From Bacteroides sp. (GTDB taxonomy: Bacteria > Bacteroidota > Bacteroidia > Bacteroidales > Bacteroidaceae), in the NCBI GenBank assembly GCA_051875915.1, contig JBJEHI010000024.1:243-64242 (forward strand): DNA of 64,000 bases, read 5' to 3'. A model generated the notes under the pieces. It worked only from the letters and a program-made list of their open reading frames with translations. It made no database searches and was not told the DNA's origin. Below are positions 29,914 through 38,514 of the stretch, piece by piece (within the stretch, counting starts at the first letter, position 1; each line of letters begins with the position of its first letter). The position numbers and the translations under genes are program-made.

Positions 29914-31023
29914 ATGATTATCGGAGTACCTAAAGAAATTAAGAACAATGAAAACCGCGTAGGGATGACCCCTGCCGGAGTAGCCGAACTGGTGAAGAAA
30001 GGTCATGTAGTGTATATCCAAGCCACAGCAGGCATCAACAGCGGATTTGCTGATGAAGACTATACTGCCGTGGGGGCAAAAATCCTTCCTACCATTGAAG
30101 AGGTGTATGCCATTGCCGACATGATAGTGAAGGTAAAAGAGCCCATTGCTCCTGAGTACAAGCTCATCAAGAAAGGGCAAGTGCTGTTCACCTACTTCCA
30201 TCTGGCTGCCGATAAGGAACTGACTGACGCTATGATAGCCAGCGGCGCTACTTGTATCGCTTACGAGACAGTGGAAGAGAAAGGACATTATCTGCCGTTG
30301 CTCGCCCCGATGAGTGAGGTGGCTGGACGCATGGCTGCACAGGTAGGTGCCCATTTTCTGGAGAAACCGCAAGGAGGCAAAGGCAAACTGATGGGAGGTG
30401 TACCGGGTGTACGTCCGGCACGTGTCCTGATATTGGGTGCCGGTACTGTAGGAACCAATGCCGCACAGATAGCAGCCGGCATGGGCGCAGAGGTCTTGAT
30501 AGCCGATATCAACCTGCAACGCCTGCGTTATCTCAGCGAAGTGCTTCCAAAGAATGCCAAAACCCTCTATTCGTCGCTCCACAACATCCAGATGGAGCTG
30601 CCTAACATTGACGTCATCATCGGTTCAGTACTTATCCCCGGCGACAAGACACCTCATCTCATCACCCGCGAAATGCTGAAGGCCATGAAGCCGGGCAGTG
30701 TATTAGTTGACGTAGCCATCGACCAGGGCGGCTGCTTTGAGACCTCGCATCCGACCACTCACAGCGAACCCACTTATGTCATTGACGGTATCGTACACTA
30801 TGCTGTAGCCAACATACCGGGTGCCGTACCTTTCACATCCACCATGGCGCTGACCAATGCCACACTGCCTTACACAGTTGCATTGGCATGCAAGGGGTGG
30901 AAAAAAGCCTGTCAGGACAATCCCGCACTGGCCGCAGGTGTCAATGTGGTCAACGGCAAGATTACCTATAAGGCCGTAGCCGATGTATTCGGTCTGCCAT
31001 ATACCCCTTGGAACGAAGCCTGA
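29914..31023 (+). CDS. ald: Alanine dehydrogenase
   Basis: MIIGVPKEIKNNENRV, KVKEP, PMSEVAGR, DVAIDQGG, ANIPGAVP. Confidence 0.96.
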   Translation: MIIGVPKEIKNNENRVGMTPAGVAELVKKGHVVYIQATAGINSGFADEDYTAVGAKILPTIEEVYAIADMIVKVKEPIAPEYKLIKKGQVLFTYFHLAADKELTDAMIASGATCIAYETVEEKGHYLPLLAPMSEVAGRMAAQVGAHFLEKPQGGKGKLMGGVPGVRPARVLILGAGTVGTNAAQIAAGMGAEVLIADINLQRLRYLSEVLPKNAKTLYSSLHNIQMELPNIDVIIGSVLIPGDKTPHLITREMLKAMKPGSVLVDVAIDQGGCFETSHPTTHSEPTYVIDGIVHYAVANIPGAVPFTSTMALTNATLPYTVALACKGWKKACQDNPALAAGVNVVNGKITYKAVADVFGLPYTPWNEA

Positions 31024-31039
31024 ATCCACTCCTCGAATA

Positions 31040-31600
31040 CTAAGGTAGTATAACACCCTTAATGCCCGCCGTCAGAGAGTCGCCATACGTGCGCAGCACC
31101 TCTAACGTGCGGGCACGTGTTTTCTTGGCTCTGAAACTCCAGAACTCGCGGGTGAATGGAGTCATGAAATCCATGCCCGATGCCTTTTGTTTCGGCTCGT
31201 GCGCCAAACGGGTAGCCAGATTAATCTTGAAAGAGGCAAACGGATCGGAACGCCAGGTGTTGGCATCGACTTTCATCTTCTTCTGATAGACAGGATCCCA
31301 ATTGTACTTAGTGCGGGCGGTATAGGGATGCAGTGTCAGCACCATCTTCTTCCCAGGTGCGTCTGGCATAGAAGGCAGGGTGGCATCGGGTTCCATCCAC
31401 TGCTTCTCTACCGACATGTGAGGTTTCCCCATGTAGGGAGAGTGTTCCACCTCCTGCAGAAGCGTCCGGTTCAGTTCTATCTCTTCCGTTCCCTGCAACA
31501 GCTGCTGCAGACGTAACGAGTCCTGTACCGTCCAGTTCTGGGCATACGAAGCACAGGCTACCCCCCAGAGTAACCCCAAATAGAGTAACAGACGTCTCAT
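31040..31600 (-). CDS. Exported Bacteroidales protein (DUF4858-like)
   Basis: Signal peptide, Q.W...DSL.L start, position in the ECF sigma operon; family recalled, not searched. Confidence 0.6.
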   Translation of the reverse strand: MRRLLLYLGLLWGVACASYAQNWTVQDSLRLQQLLQGTEEIELNRTLLQEVEHSPYMGKPHMSVEKQWMEPDATLPSMPDAPGKKMVLTLHPYTARTKYNWDPVYQKKMKVDANTWRSDPFASFKINLATRLAHEPKQKASGMDFMTPFTREFWSFRAKKTRARTLEVLRTYGDSLTAGIKGVILP

Positions 31601-31606
31601 GACAGC

Positions 31607-32158
31607 TTACCACCACATATATCCGCTTCCGCACAGAGGCTCATCGTAGCAGGGATCTATCGTCCACATGGTGTGCGGCAACTTTCTTGCCTCCCACCAA
31701 CGACGGTAGCGCACGGCAGCATCCAGCACCTCCTCATCCGAAAGGAAATAGATGCCTTCGTAGTTTTCGGCATCGGCATGTACCATCTTGCAGCCCATCG
31801 AGGCGTTATGTCCCAAGCGTATCGTCTCAATGGTCCAGAGAATGCACTCACCCAATCGCAGTTTTCCACCCGCCGAATAGGAGACCGGTGCTAACGGAAA
31901 CGATGGAATCACACTTAAATCCTCGGCATACTTCAGCAATTCGTTGATGTCTTCGATAACAAATTTAGGGAAATTATTCACTTCATCCGGTGCTTGAGTG
32001 AGATACTTGCCTGCCTTCAGCTGTTTGACGAACACTTCTACATCCGGATGATTATAATCCAGCACTTCGTCACCGCAAGCGTGCAATGTACAGGCCAGGC
32101 AACAGAGCAGAATCATCTGCCCGACGTATCTATAGAGGGAATATATAGTTGTCTTCAT
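31607..32158 (-). CDS. Lipoprotein (DUF4943-like)
   Basis: Lipobox LHAC followed by acidic GDEVLD; position in the ECF operon; family recalled, not searched. Confidence 0.6.
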   Translation of the reverse strand: MKTTIYSLYRYVGQMILLCCLACTLHACGDEVLDYNHPDVEVFVKQLKAGKYLTQAPDEVNNFPKFVIEDINELLKYAEDLSVIPSFPLAPVSYSAGGKLRLGECILWTIETIRLGHNASMGCKMVHADAENYEGIYFLSDEEVLDAAVRYRRWWEARKLPHTMWTIDPCYDEPLCGSGYMWW

Positions 32159-32176
32159 ATTCTAAGTCATTAAGGG

Positions 32177-33232
32177 TCAATAGCTCATCCGAACCCCACA
32201 CAGCAGGTTCAAGTTCAACGGACGTTCACTTCGCAAGTTCTTAGTAGGCGAGTCTGTATCGAAATGATACGATAGTGCCGGCTCTGCAAACAGGGCAAAG
32301 CGATCGCTCATACGGTAGCGGAGTCCCAGTCCGGCAGACAGCGAAAGCTGTAGCGGTTCGGCCCGAAAGCCATTGTCCGGTGCACCGGCCACACACTTCT
32401 CCACCGCCCCACCTACCGTTGCATAGAAGTCCATACGCCTGTTAGTGGCCAATGTGGCATCCAGCTTCACCGGCACAGCCAGTGTATGCAACGTACACTC
32501 TTCCGAAGGCAACAGATTGTATTGCAGACCGGCCTCCAATGCCAGTCGGTTGTTCAACCTACGCTCCATACTGAGTTGTGCAGAGAAGGGCATGTGGCAG
32601 TCGCCCTTCGGCAAGGCAGTACCTACAGCCGCTTTCATAGCCCAATTGCGGGGACGGGGAGGTGCAGCCTGAGCGTGCTTCACTTCACTTTCAGGTGCAA
32701 CGTTTCCATCATCTACTGCAGCAGCCTGTGCAACAGCTGTTTGCGACGCACGATAAGAAGTCTGCGGATTTCCGTATACCCGCTGTGTAATGGTGATGGA
32801 TACCGAAACCGAAAGTCCTTCCTCCTCCTCTTGTACAGGAGCCGTAGCGGTTGGCCCTGCAGGAAGAGGCTGGTTCCGTTTTGGCTGCGTATGGGCCACC
32901 GCCTGCATAGGATGGAGGGGAGGTAGCGTCTCTTGTACCCTATCGCCCACCAATGCACCTTTCGAAGGCATCTGCTCCATTTGGGTAAACGCATCCTTTA
33001 TCTCCTCCTGAGGCGAGAAGTACCAGAAGGCTGCCGATGCCACTCCCAACACCAGCAATACCGAAGCTGCAGCGGCCATGCGATGAAAGGAGGCATGCAT
33101 GAACCATGGTTGCTGTACAGAGGTGTGCGGCAAGTCACGCTGCAGTTCCTCCCAGAAGCCATCACGAACCGTCATCTGCGTATGCGACAGGCGGTTACGG
33201 AAAAGGTTATCTATTCCTTTATCTGTTCTCAT
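32177..33232 (-). CDS. Putative dual-membrane-spanning anti-sigma factor (N-terminal domain, TM, disordered linker, outer-membrane beta-barrel)
   Basis: Overlaps the ECF sigma stop; TM AAAASVLLVLGVASAAFWYF; Pro/Gln/Ala linker; beta-strand C-terminus ending GVRMSY. Confidence 0.7.
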   Translation of the reverse strand: MRTDKGIDNLFRNRLSHTQMTVRDGFWEELQRDLPHTSVQQPWFMHASFHRMAAAASVLLVLGVASAAFWYFSPQEEIKDAFTQMEQMPSKGALVGDRVQETLPPLHPMQAVAHTQPKRNQPLPAGPTATAPVQEEEEGLSVSVSITITQRVYGNPQTSYRASQTAVAQAAAVDDGNVAPESEVKHAQAAPPRPRNWAMKAAVGTALPKGDCHMPFSAQLSMERRLNNRLALEAGLQYNLLPSEECTLHTLAVPVKLDATLATNRRMDFYATVGGAVEKCVAGAPDNGFRAEPLQLSLSAGLGLRYRMSDRFALFAEPALSYHFDTDSPTKNLRSERPLNLNLLCGVRMSY

Positions 33233-33789
33233 CTTTTTGTATATTCTTTAATTTTTTGTATCAACAAACATTTGGCACGATGAAATTGCGAGGTAGAAGA
33301 GTGCTCTTTGATACCCAGCAAGCGGGCAATTTCCTTGTGCGACTTCTCTTCGAACACATAGAGGTTGAATACTGTACGACATCCGTCAGGCAGCTGGGCC
33401 ACCAGTTCCATCAATACCTCTTCCGTCAAGCTGTCGCCTGCTTCTACAGCAGCCGCCTCTTCATCAGCCACATCAGGCAACTGTTCTTCCATCACCACCA
33501 GATGCTCGAAACGACGTTTCCTGCGCAGGTAGTCAATGGATTGCGACACCATCACCCGTGTCATCCAAGTTGCCAGCGAACACTCTCCCCGAAAAGTGAA
33601 GTGAGTGAAGATGCGGATGAAACCGTCGTGCAGCACATCGTGCGCAGCATCCATATCGCCCGTATAGCGATAGCATACGGCCAACATCTGCTTGGCGTAG
33701 AGTGTGTACAGTTCTCTACGAGCGGCATCCTCTCCGGCCCGGCATCCTTCGGCCAGTTCTACTTCATTCTTCAACGTCAGAGTGTTCAA
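33229..33789 (-). CDS. ECF-type RNA polymerase sigma-70 factor
   Basis: Region 2 (DVLHDGFIRIF, TWMTRVMV..SIDYLR) and region 4 (LPDGCRTVFNLY..SHKEIARLLGI). Confidence 0.93.
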   Translation of the reverse strand: MNTLTLKNEVELAEGCRAGEDAARRELYTLYAKQMLAVCYRYTGDMDAAHDVLHDGFIRIFTHFTFRGECSLATWMTRVMVSQSIDYLRRKRRFEHLVVMEEQLPDVADEEAAAVEAGDSLTEEVLMELVAQLPDGCRTVFNLYVFEEKSHKEIARLLGIKEHSSTSQFHRAKCLLIQKIKEYTKR

Positions 33790-33821
33790 TTTACAGGCAC
33801 CGTTCGTGCCCTTTTACCTAA

Positions 33822-33849
33822 TAGACGCAGCATACTCCCAAATGCTGCA
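33822..33849 (-). promoter_or_regulatory. Candidate autoregulatory ECF promoter
   Basis: Minus strand TGCAGC-16 nt-CGTCTA just upstream of the sigma gene. Confidence 0.5.
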
Positions 33850-33877
33850 ATCGAAAATACAAAAAGATGTTAATTAC

Positions 33878-33925
33878 AAAAAAGCCTCTCACAGACTTAT
33901 GCAGAAGTTCATGAGAGGCTCTTTA
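33878..33925 (-). terminator. Terminator of nadC
   Basis: AAAAAAGCCTCTCA...TGAGAGGCT hairpin. Confidence 0.7.
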
Positions 33926-33943
33926 TGATAAGGTCTGTCCTGG

Positions 33944-34792
33944 TCAGCAAGCCTTAAAGCTCATATCCAACCCCTTGACAGAGTGTGTCAAAGCACCTAC
34001 CGAAATGAAATCGACACCACATTCGGCATAGTCGCGCAACGTATCGAACGTGATGCCTCCGGAAGACTCCGTTTCATAGCGTCCGGCCACCATTTCCACC
34101 GCCTTGCGTGTCATCTCCGGTGTGAAGTTATCAAACATGATACGGTCTACTCCACCCAAGTCAAGTACCTGTTGCAGTTCGTCAAAGTTGCGAACCTCAA
34201 TCTCTATCTTCAAGTCCTTACCCTTCGCACGGCAATACTCTTTGGCGCGGGTGATGGCTTTATCAATGCCTCCGGCAAAGTCCACATGATTGTCTTTCAG
34301 CAGAATCATATCAAACAGACCGATGCGGTGATTCACTCCCCCACCTATCTTCACAGCCATCTTCTCCAGTATGCGCATGCCCGGAGTCGTCTTACGTGTA
34401 TCCAGCACACGGGTATGGGTACCGGCCAGACGTTCGGCATATTTATGAGTCATGGTAGCAATACCACTCATACGCTGCATGATGTTCAGCATCAGGCGCT
34501 CTGTCTGCAGCAGCGACTGTACCTTTCCCTCTACCACCATGGCAATGTCACCCGGCTTCACCTCGGCACCGTCGTTGATGAACACCTCGACCTTCATGGT
34601 CGGGTCAAACCGGCGGAACACCTCCTTGGCCACTTCGATACCGGCCAGAATACCGGCCTCCTTAATCAGCAACTTCGATTTGCCCATTGCCGTATCGGGT
34701 ATGCACGACAAGGTGGTATGGTCGCCGTCTCCAATGTCTTCTGCGAAAGCAAGGTCTATCAACCTGTCAATCAATTCTTCTTCCTTATTCAT
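33944..34792 (-). CDS. nadC: Nicotinate-nucleotide diphosphorylase (carboxylating)
   Basis: EDIGDGD, DTRKTTPG, NHRIGL, LKDNH, IEIEV, SGGI, SVGALTH. Confidence 0.96.
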   Translation of the reverse strand: MNKEEELIDRLIDLAFAEDIGDGDHTTLSCIPDTAMGKSKLLIKEAGILAGIEVAKEVFRRFDPTMKVEVFINDGAEVKPGDIAMVVEGKVQSLLQTERLMLNIMQRMSGIATMTHKYAERLAGTHTRVLDTRKTTPGMRILEKMAVKIGGGVNHRIGLFDMILLKDNHVDFAGGIDKAITRAKEYCRAKGKDLKIEIEVRNFDELQQVLDLGGVDRIMFDNFTPEMTRKAVEMVAGRYETESSGGITFDTLRDYAECGVDFISVGALTHSVKGLDMSFKAC

Positions 34793-34918
34793 ATATCTAT
34801 AATCTATGCTAAATGTGGTATAAACATTCCGTTCTATGATACGCAAAGGTAGGCAAATATCTCCAATTACCATAAAAAAGTCGTATTTTTGTGCGCTGAA
34901 TTACTAAAATCAACGTTT

Positions 34919-35392
34919 ATGAAAACAATCCTGCTGGTTGTAGGCCGCACTGTAGAAGCCCATTTTCAAACCGCCATCAACGACTATGTGCAACGTACCA
35001 AACGCTATCTGACGTTTGAGATGGAGGTTATTCCTGAACTGAAAAACACCAAGAGTCTCTCTGTGGAGACGCAGAAGGAGAAAGAGGGAGACCTGATACT
35101 GAAAGCCTTGCAACCGGGTGATGTGGTAGTATTGCTGGATGAAGGCGGCAAGGAGATGCGTTCCGTTGAGTTCGCCGACTACATGAAGCACAAGATGAAC
35201 ACCGTCAACAAACGGCTGGTTTTCGTAGTGGGAGGTCCATACGGATTTGCGCCCAAGGTCTACGCCGCCGCTCACGAGAAGATGTCTCTCTCTCGCATGA
35301 CCTTCTCACACCAGATGGTCCGCCTCATTTTCGTGGAACAAATCTATCGGGCCATGACGATTCTGGCAGGAGGACCCTATCATCACGAATAA
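34919..35392 (+). CDS. rlmH: 23S rRNA pseudouridine-1915 N3-methyltransferase
   Basis: LLDEGG, VGGPYGF, SLSRMTFSHQMVRL, EQIYRA, PYHHE. Confidence 0.95.
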   Translation: MKTILLVVGRTVEAHFQTAINDYVQRTKRYLTFEMEVIPELKNTKSLSVETQKEKEGDLILKALQPGDVVVLLDEGGKEMRSVEFADYMKHKMNTVNKRLVFVVGGPYGFAPKVYAAAHEKMSLSRMTFSHQMVRLIFVEQIYRAMTILAGGPYHHE

Positions 35393-35665
35393 TCCTTCGC
35401 TTCAAATGGCAGAATCCTTCCCATAATCCTGCCCAATGTACAGAATGCTCCAAAAGAAACGATTCTCAGAGCCTTAAATTTAGCATATCAGACTATGTAT
35501 AAATAAGTTATACAGCTTTTTCTTGTTCAGAAAAAGTGTTGAAATAGAGAAATTGCTCCATTCGGCTTGAATAATTCCAGCTACTACCTACAATCCTCTC
35601 GGGCCGTAGTTCTATAATCCTTTGGAGAAATAACATGGAATGGCTGTCAAATAGTTCTAATGCCT

Positions 35666-35776
35666 CAGTACTCTTAGTAAGATTACACCAGTACGCTTAC
35701 TAAGATTACACCAGTACGCCGTACGGAGTACTGCAGTACTTAGTACGGAGTACCAGCGTACTCTCACCGAGGTACT
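35666..35776. repeat. GTAC-rich degenerate repeat tract
   Basis: TAAGATTACACCAGTACGC at 35678 and 35701; about ten GTAC sites in 110 bp. Confidence 0.75.
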
Positions 35777-35827
35777 ACCACAAAGATAGAGTATTGAGAA
35801 GTCACAAGGAGTAACGTATACTTTCTA

Positions 35828-36544
35828 TCAGTTCAATATATGCCTCCGCGAAATATTGCCAATAACGGGAACAATATGAATCAAAAAGCGTTGGTTATAT
35901 ATTTCATTTCCGCTTTCTCTCGGTACACCTTTTTCACCTGATCCAGATATAAGCAGTTCACATTTATCCATTTTAGTGAAATCAATTCCACGTGATTTCC
36001 AGAATTCAGTAAGTTTCCATGCGCGTTGATAGCTGAGCACGTTGTTGTTCATATAGTCATTTTGGTTATATCCGTCTTTTGAGGCTTGCCCTTCAATGAC
36101 TACAAGATATTTGATGTCTTGCTTTAAATTCTCCTTTTTTTGCAGATTCTCAATGGTTTGCTTTATCACTTCCCCAGCTTTGAATATTTCATCTCTCAGT
36201 CGTTGTGCTTCTAAAGGATTTGAATCGTCTGCTACAAGCCTATCAAGTTCAAATTGGCCGGTCTGATAGGTCACGTTGATTTTAAAGATATGCTTTACAT
36301 ATTCTTTTTTGAACTCAAAATAAGCCGTATCAATATTTTCCACAATTTCATAGATTGATAGCAATTCCTTATAATCTCTTACATAGGCATTCAAACTATC
36401 CTGTGCTCGTTTTAATTGGTCATTTGTAATTTTGAAGTGAGTAAACGTAACACAAAACAGAACCAACATAATGGCAAACAATGTTGTCATTATATCTACA
36501 TAACTTGGCCAGAAGGAGGATTTATTTCCGCTAAATTCATCCAT
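35828..36544 (-). CDS. ZorB/MotB-like protein with OmpA-type peptidoglycan-binding domain
   Basis: FWPSYVDIMTTLF TM with the conserved Asp; VIEGQAS, NNVLSYQRA, SGSGE and NQRF match OmpA-C motifs. Confidence 0.85.
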   Translation of the reverse strand: MDEFSGNKSSFWPSYVDIMTTLFAIMLVLFCVTFTHFKITNDQLKRAQDSLNAYVRDYKELLSIYEIVENIDTAYFEFKKEYVKHIFKINVTYQTGQFELDRLVADDSNPLEAQRLRDEIFKAGEVIKQTIENLQKKENLKQDIKYLVVIEGQASKDGYNQNDYMNNNVLSYQRAWKLTEFWKSRGIDFTKMDKCELLISGSGEKGVPRESGNEIYNQRFLIHIVPVIGNISRRHILN

Positions 36545-36552
36545 ACTTATTT

Positions 36553-38508
36553 CTATATTATGCGTTTATACCATGGTATCTTTTTGATAGGGGTTTTTTC
36601 TTCTTCCTTAGAATCTACTTCTGCTTTCAGATCTTCTTTTTTAGGTGCTACATTTGTTTTTCCTTGGTATATTTTGTTGACATTCGATTCGGTCTGAGAC
36701 CGTTTGGTTTCTTTTTGTCCTGCAATAGGCGATTGGTTTTGCAAAAATCTATCAGACGATGTATTCGGCTTCATTTGTTGCTGTTGAGATTTCTCTACAA
36801 TCCGTTTGATTTCATCCACTCTTTGCTCCATTCGCGATACTACTTCCATTAAACTGGACATGCCATGAACTGAGCGCTGAATGGAATCAACTATTTTGGA
36901 AGACAGTTCATTGGAACTATTATCAAATGCAGCAGATTGCTGTACAGAAGTTGTTGGGGCTGATTTAATCGCCTCATTGACATTTGTCACCTCTACACGT
37001 ATATCATTCAAATTCTTAGCAAGGATATTGGAATCTGTAAGTTTAGCTTCTATGGCTTCAATCTTTTCAAATATAGGTTTTAACTGCTTTAATTGATGCA
37101 ACGATGTAGAGATGTCAGAAGTATTGAACAAGTTATCCATTTGATTCACAAAAACTTTCCAACGGCCCTGCATTTGCTCTTGCATTTGATTCACAATATT
37201 CTCATATTCATCACCATAATTCATCAACATCCGATTCCATTCCTTAGTTTTGCCTTTTAGACTTTCCTTTTGAGATTCAAAGAATGTGGTCAACTCTCCT
37301 GTCGTGATTTCAACATACGTTGAGGCAACAGCATTCTTATCTTTAAGTACCCTAAGTTGATTTTCAATCAAGTTAAGTTGCTGATTTCCGATAACTCCTG
37401 ACTGCATTAATTCTTCTCCCAAACGATTCACATTGTCTTCGAATGTGCGAATACGATCCAACAACCGATTCACATCATTCACAAGCTCGGTTGGAATACG
37501 CAATGAATCATTGTATTTACGCTGCGCTTCTGTCAGTTCCTGAGTTGCTAAAATGACCTCACTCTTGCTTTGCTCAAACAGTGCCAATGATTGGGACAAT
37601 TCATCCAGTTGATTGATTGAACTGACAAATTTATCCAATGTCTTATTCAGCTCCCTGGATTTAAGCGAATCTAGTATCTTTTGTTGGTAACGGATATTTT
37701 CATTCACCTTATTGATGTTCTCACCCATTGACGTTACGGCTTTGGCAACAACCTGTACGTTCTCTCTGAAAGCATCTCCAAACTGAGCTGTACAATGGTC
37801 GAATGTCTCTTCAAAACGAGTAATGACCCCACTGAATGCTGGTTCAAAACAATTAATGGTGTTCCTTAGTTTAACAATGGAACTGACCATGTCCGTTCCC
37901 AACTCAGGTAGTAATTCTGTTTGCAGGAAGTGATAAAACTCGTTTTTCCTCCTGTCCAATACCTTTTTGACGTTAGAAGCGAACCAATTTAGCCCGATGG
38001 AACACAGAAGCCCAAATACACTTGTCACCATGGAGACAATGACACCTTCTATCAGTTCCTGAATCATGGAACTTTGAATGGTATATTGAATGGAATCATT
38101 GTTTGTATTCATACCGGAATCCAACCCAAGCCAAAAAGCAAATAGTCCGATGAACACACCAAGGAAGGTTCCTAACAATCCGCAAAAGGTTGGAAAAGAA
38201 ATCTTTGCCACCGCATCAGAATACAAGACATTAATCCTACGCTCCACCATGTGCATCAGAATAGAGAAGTCTGCAGTTCCCTCATTTTTTGATAGATAGA
38301 CATTAATCTCCTGAATGATTTCTGAGAGTTCCTTACATTTCAAGCCATTCTCATCCAAGTTGACGGTTAAGCCGTCTTTCCTATACTTTATTCCATCTTT
38401 TGGAAAAAGTCGTCTAACTAAAATTATCTTACGTCTTGTCTCACTTGTGAAATAAATCTGAAAACACAGGACAAAAGCCAAGACACCTATAGCTATATAT
38501 ATCATCAT
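36553..38508 (-). CDS. ZorA/MotA-TolQ-ExbB-like membrane protein with long helical tail
   Basis: Three TMs including FPTFCGLLGTFLG and SMVTSVFGL; ~450-aa C-terminal tail, mostly heptad-rich; directly upstream of the MotB-like gene. Confidence 0.8.
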   Translation of the reverse strand: MMIYIAIGVLAFVLCFQIYFTSETRRKIILVRRLFPKDGIKYRKDGLTVNLDENGLKCKELSEIIQEINVYLSKNEGTADFSILMHMVERRINVLYSDAVAKISFPTFCGLLGTFLGVFIGLFAFWLGLDSGMNTNNDSIQYTIQSSMIQELIEGVIVSMVTSVFGLLCSIGLNWFASNVKKVLDRRKNEFYHFLQTELLPELGTDMVSSIVKLRNTINCFEPAFSGVITRFEETFDHCTAQFGDAFRENVQVVAKAVTSMGENINKVNENIRYQQKILDSLKSRELNKTLDKFVSSINQLDELSQSLALFEQSKSEVILATQELTEAQRKYNDSLRIPTELVNDVNRLLDRIRTFEDNVNRLGEELMQSGVIGNQQLNLIENQLRVLKDKNAVASTYVEITTGELTTFFESQKESLKGKTKEWNRMLMNYGDEYENIVNQMQEQMQGRWKVFVNQMDNLFNTSDISTSLHQLKQLKPIFEKIEAIEAKLTDSNILAKNLNDIRVEVTNVNEAIKSAPTTSVQQSAAFDNSSNELSSKIVDSIQRSVHGMSSLMEVVSRMEQRVDEIKRIVEKSQQQQMKPNTSSDRFLQNQSPIAGQKETKRSQTESNVNKIYQGKTNVAPKKEDLKAEVDSKEEEKTPIKKIPWYKRII

Positions 38509-38514
38509 AGTACT

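Noticed and set aside
35508..35636. ~42-aa minus-strand ORF (MLFLQRIIELRPER...) after the ZorB-like gene
   Set aside because: Short, no motif, and separated from the operon by the repeat tract.
35828..38508. Flagellar MotAB, ExbBD/TolQR or a canonical Zorya I/II call
   Set aside because: No flagellar or TonB genes nearby; the long tail and OmpA domain do not fit ExbBD; no ZorC/D/E-like gene in the operon.
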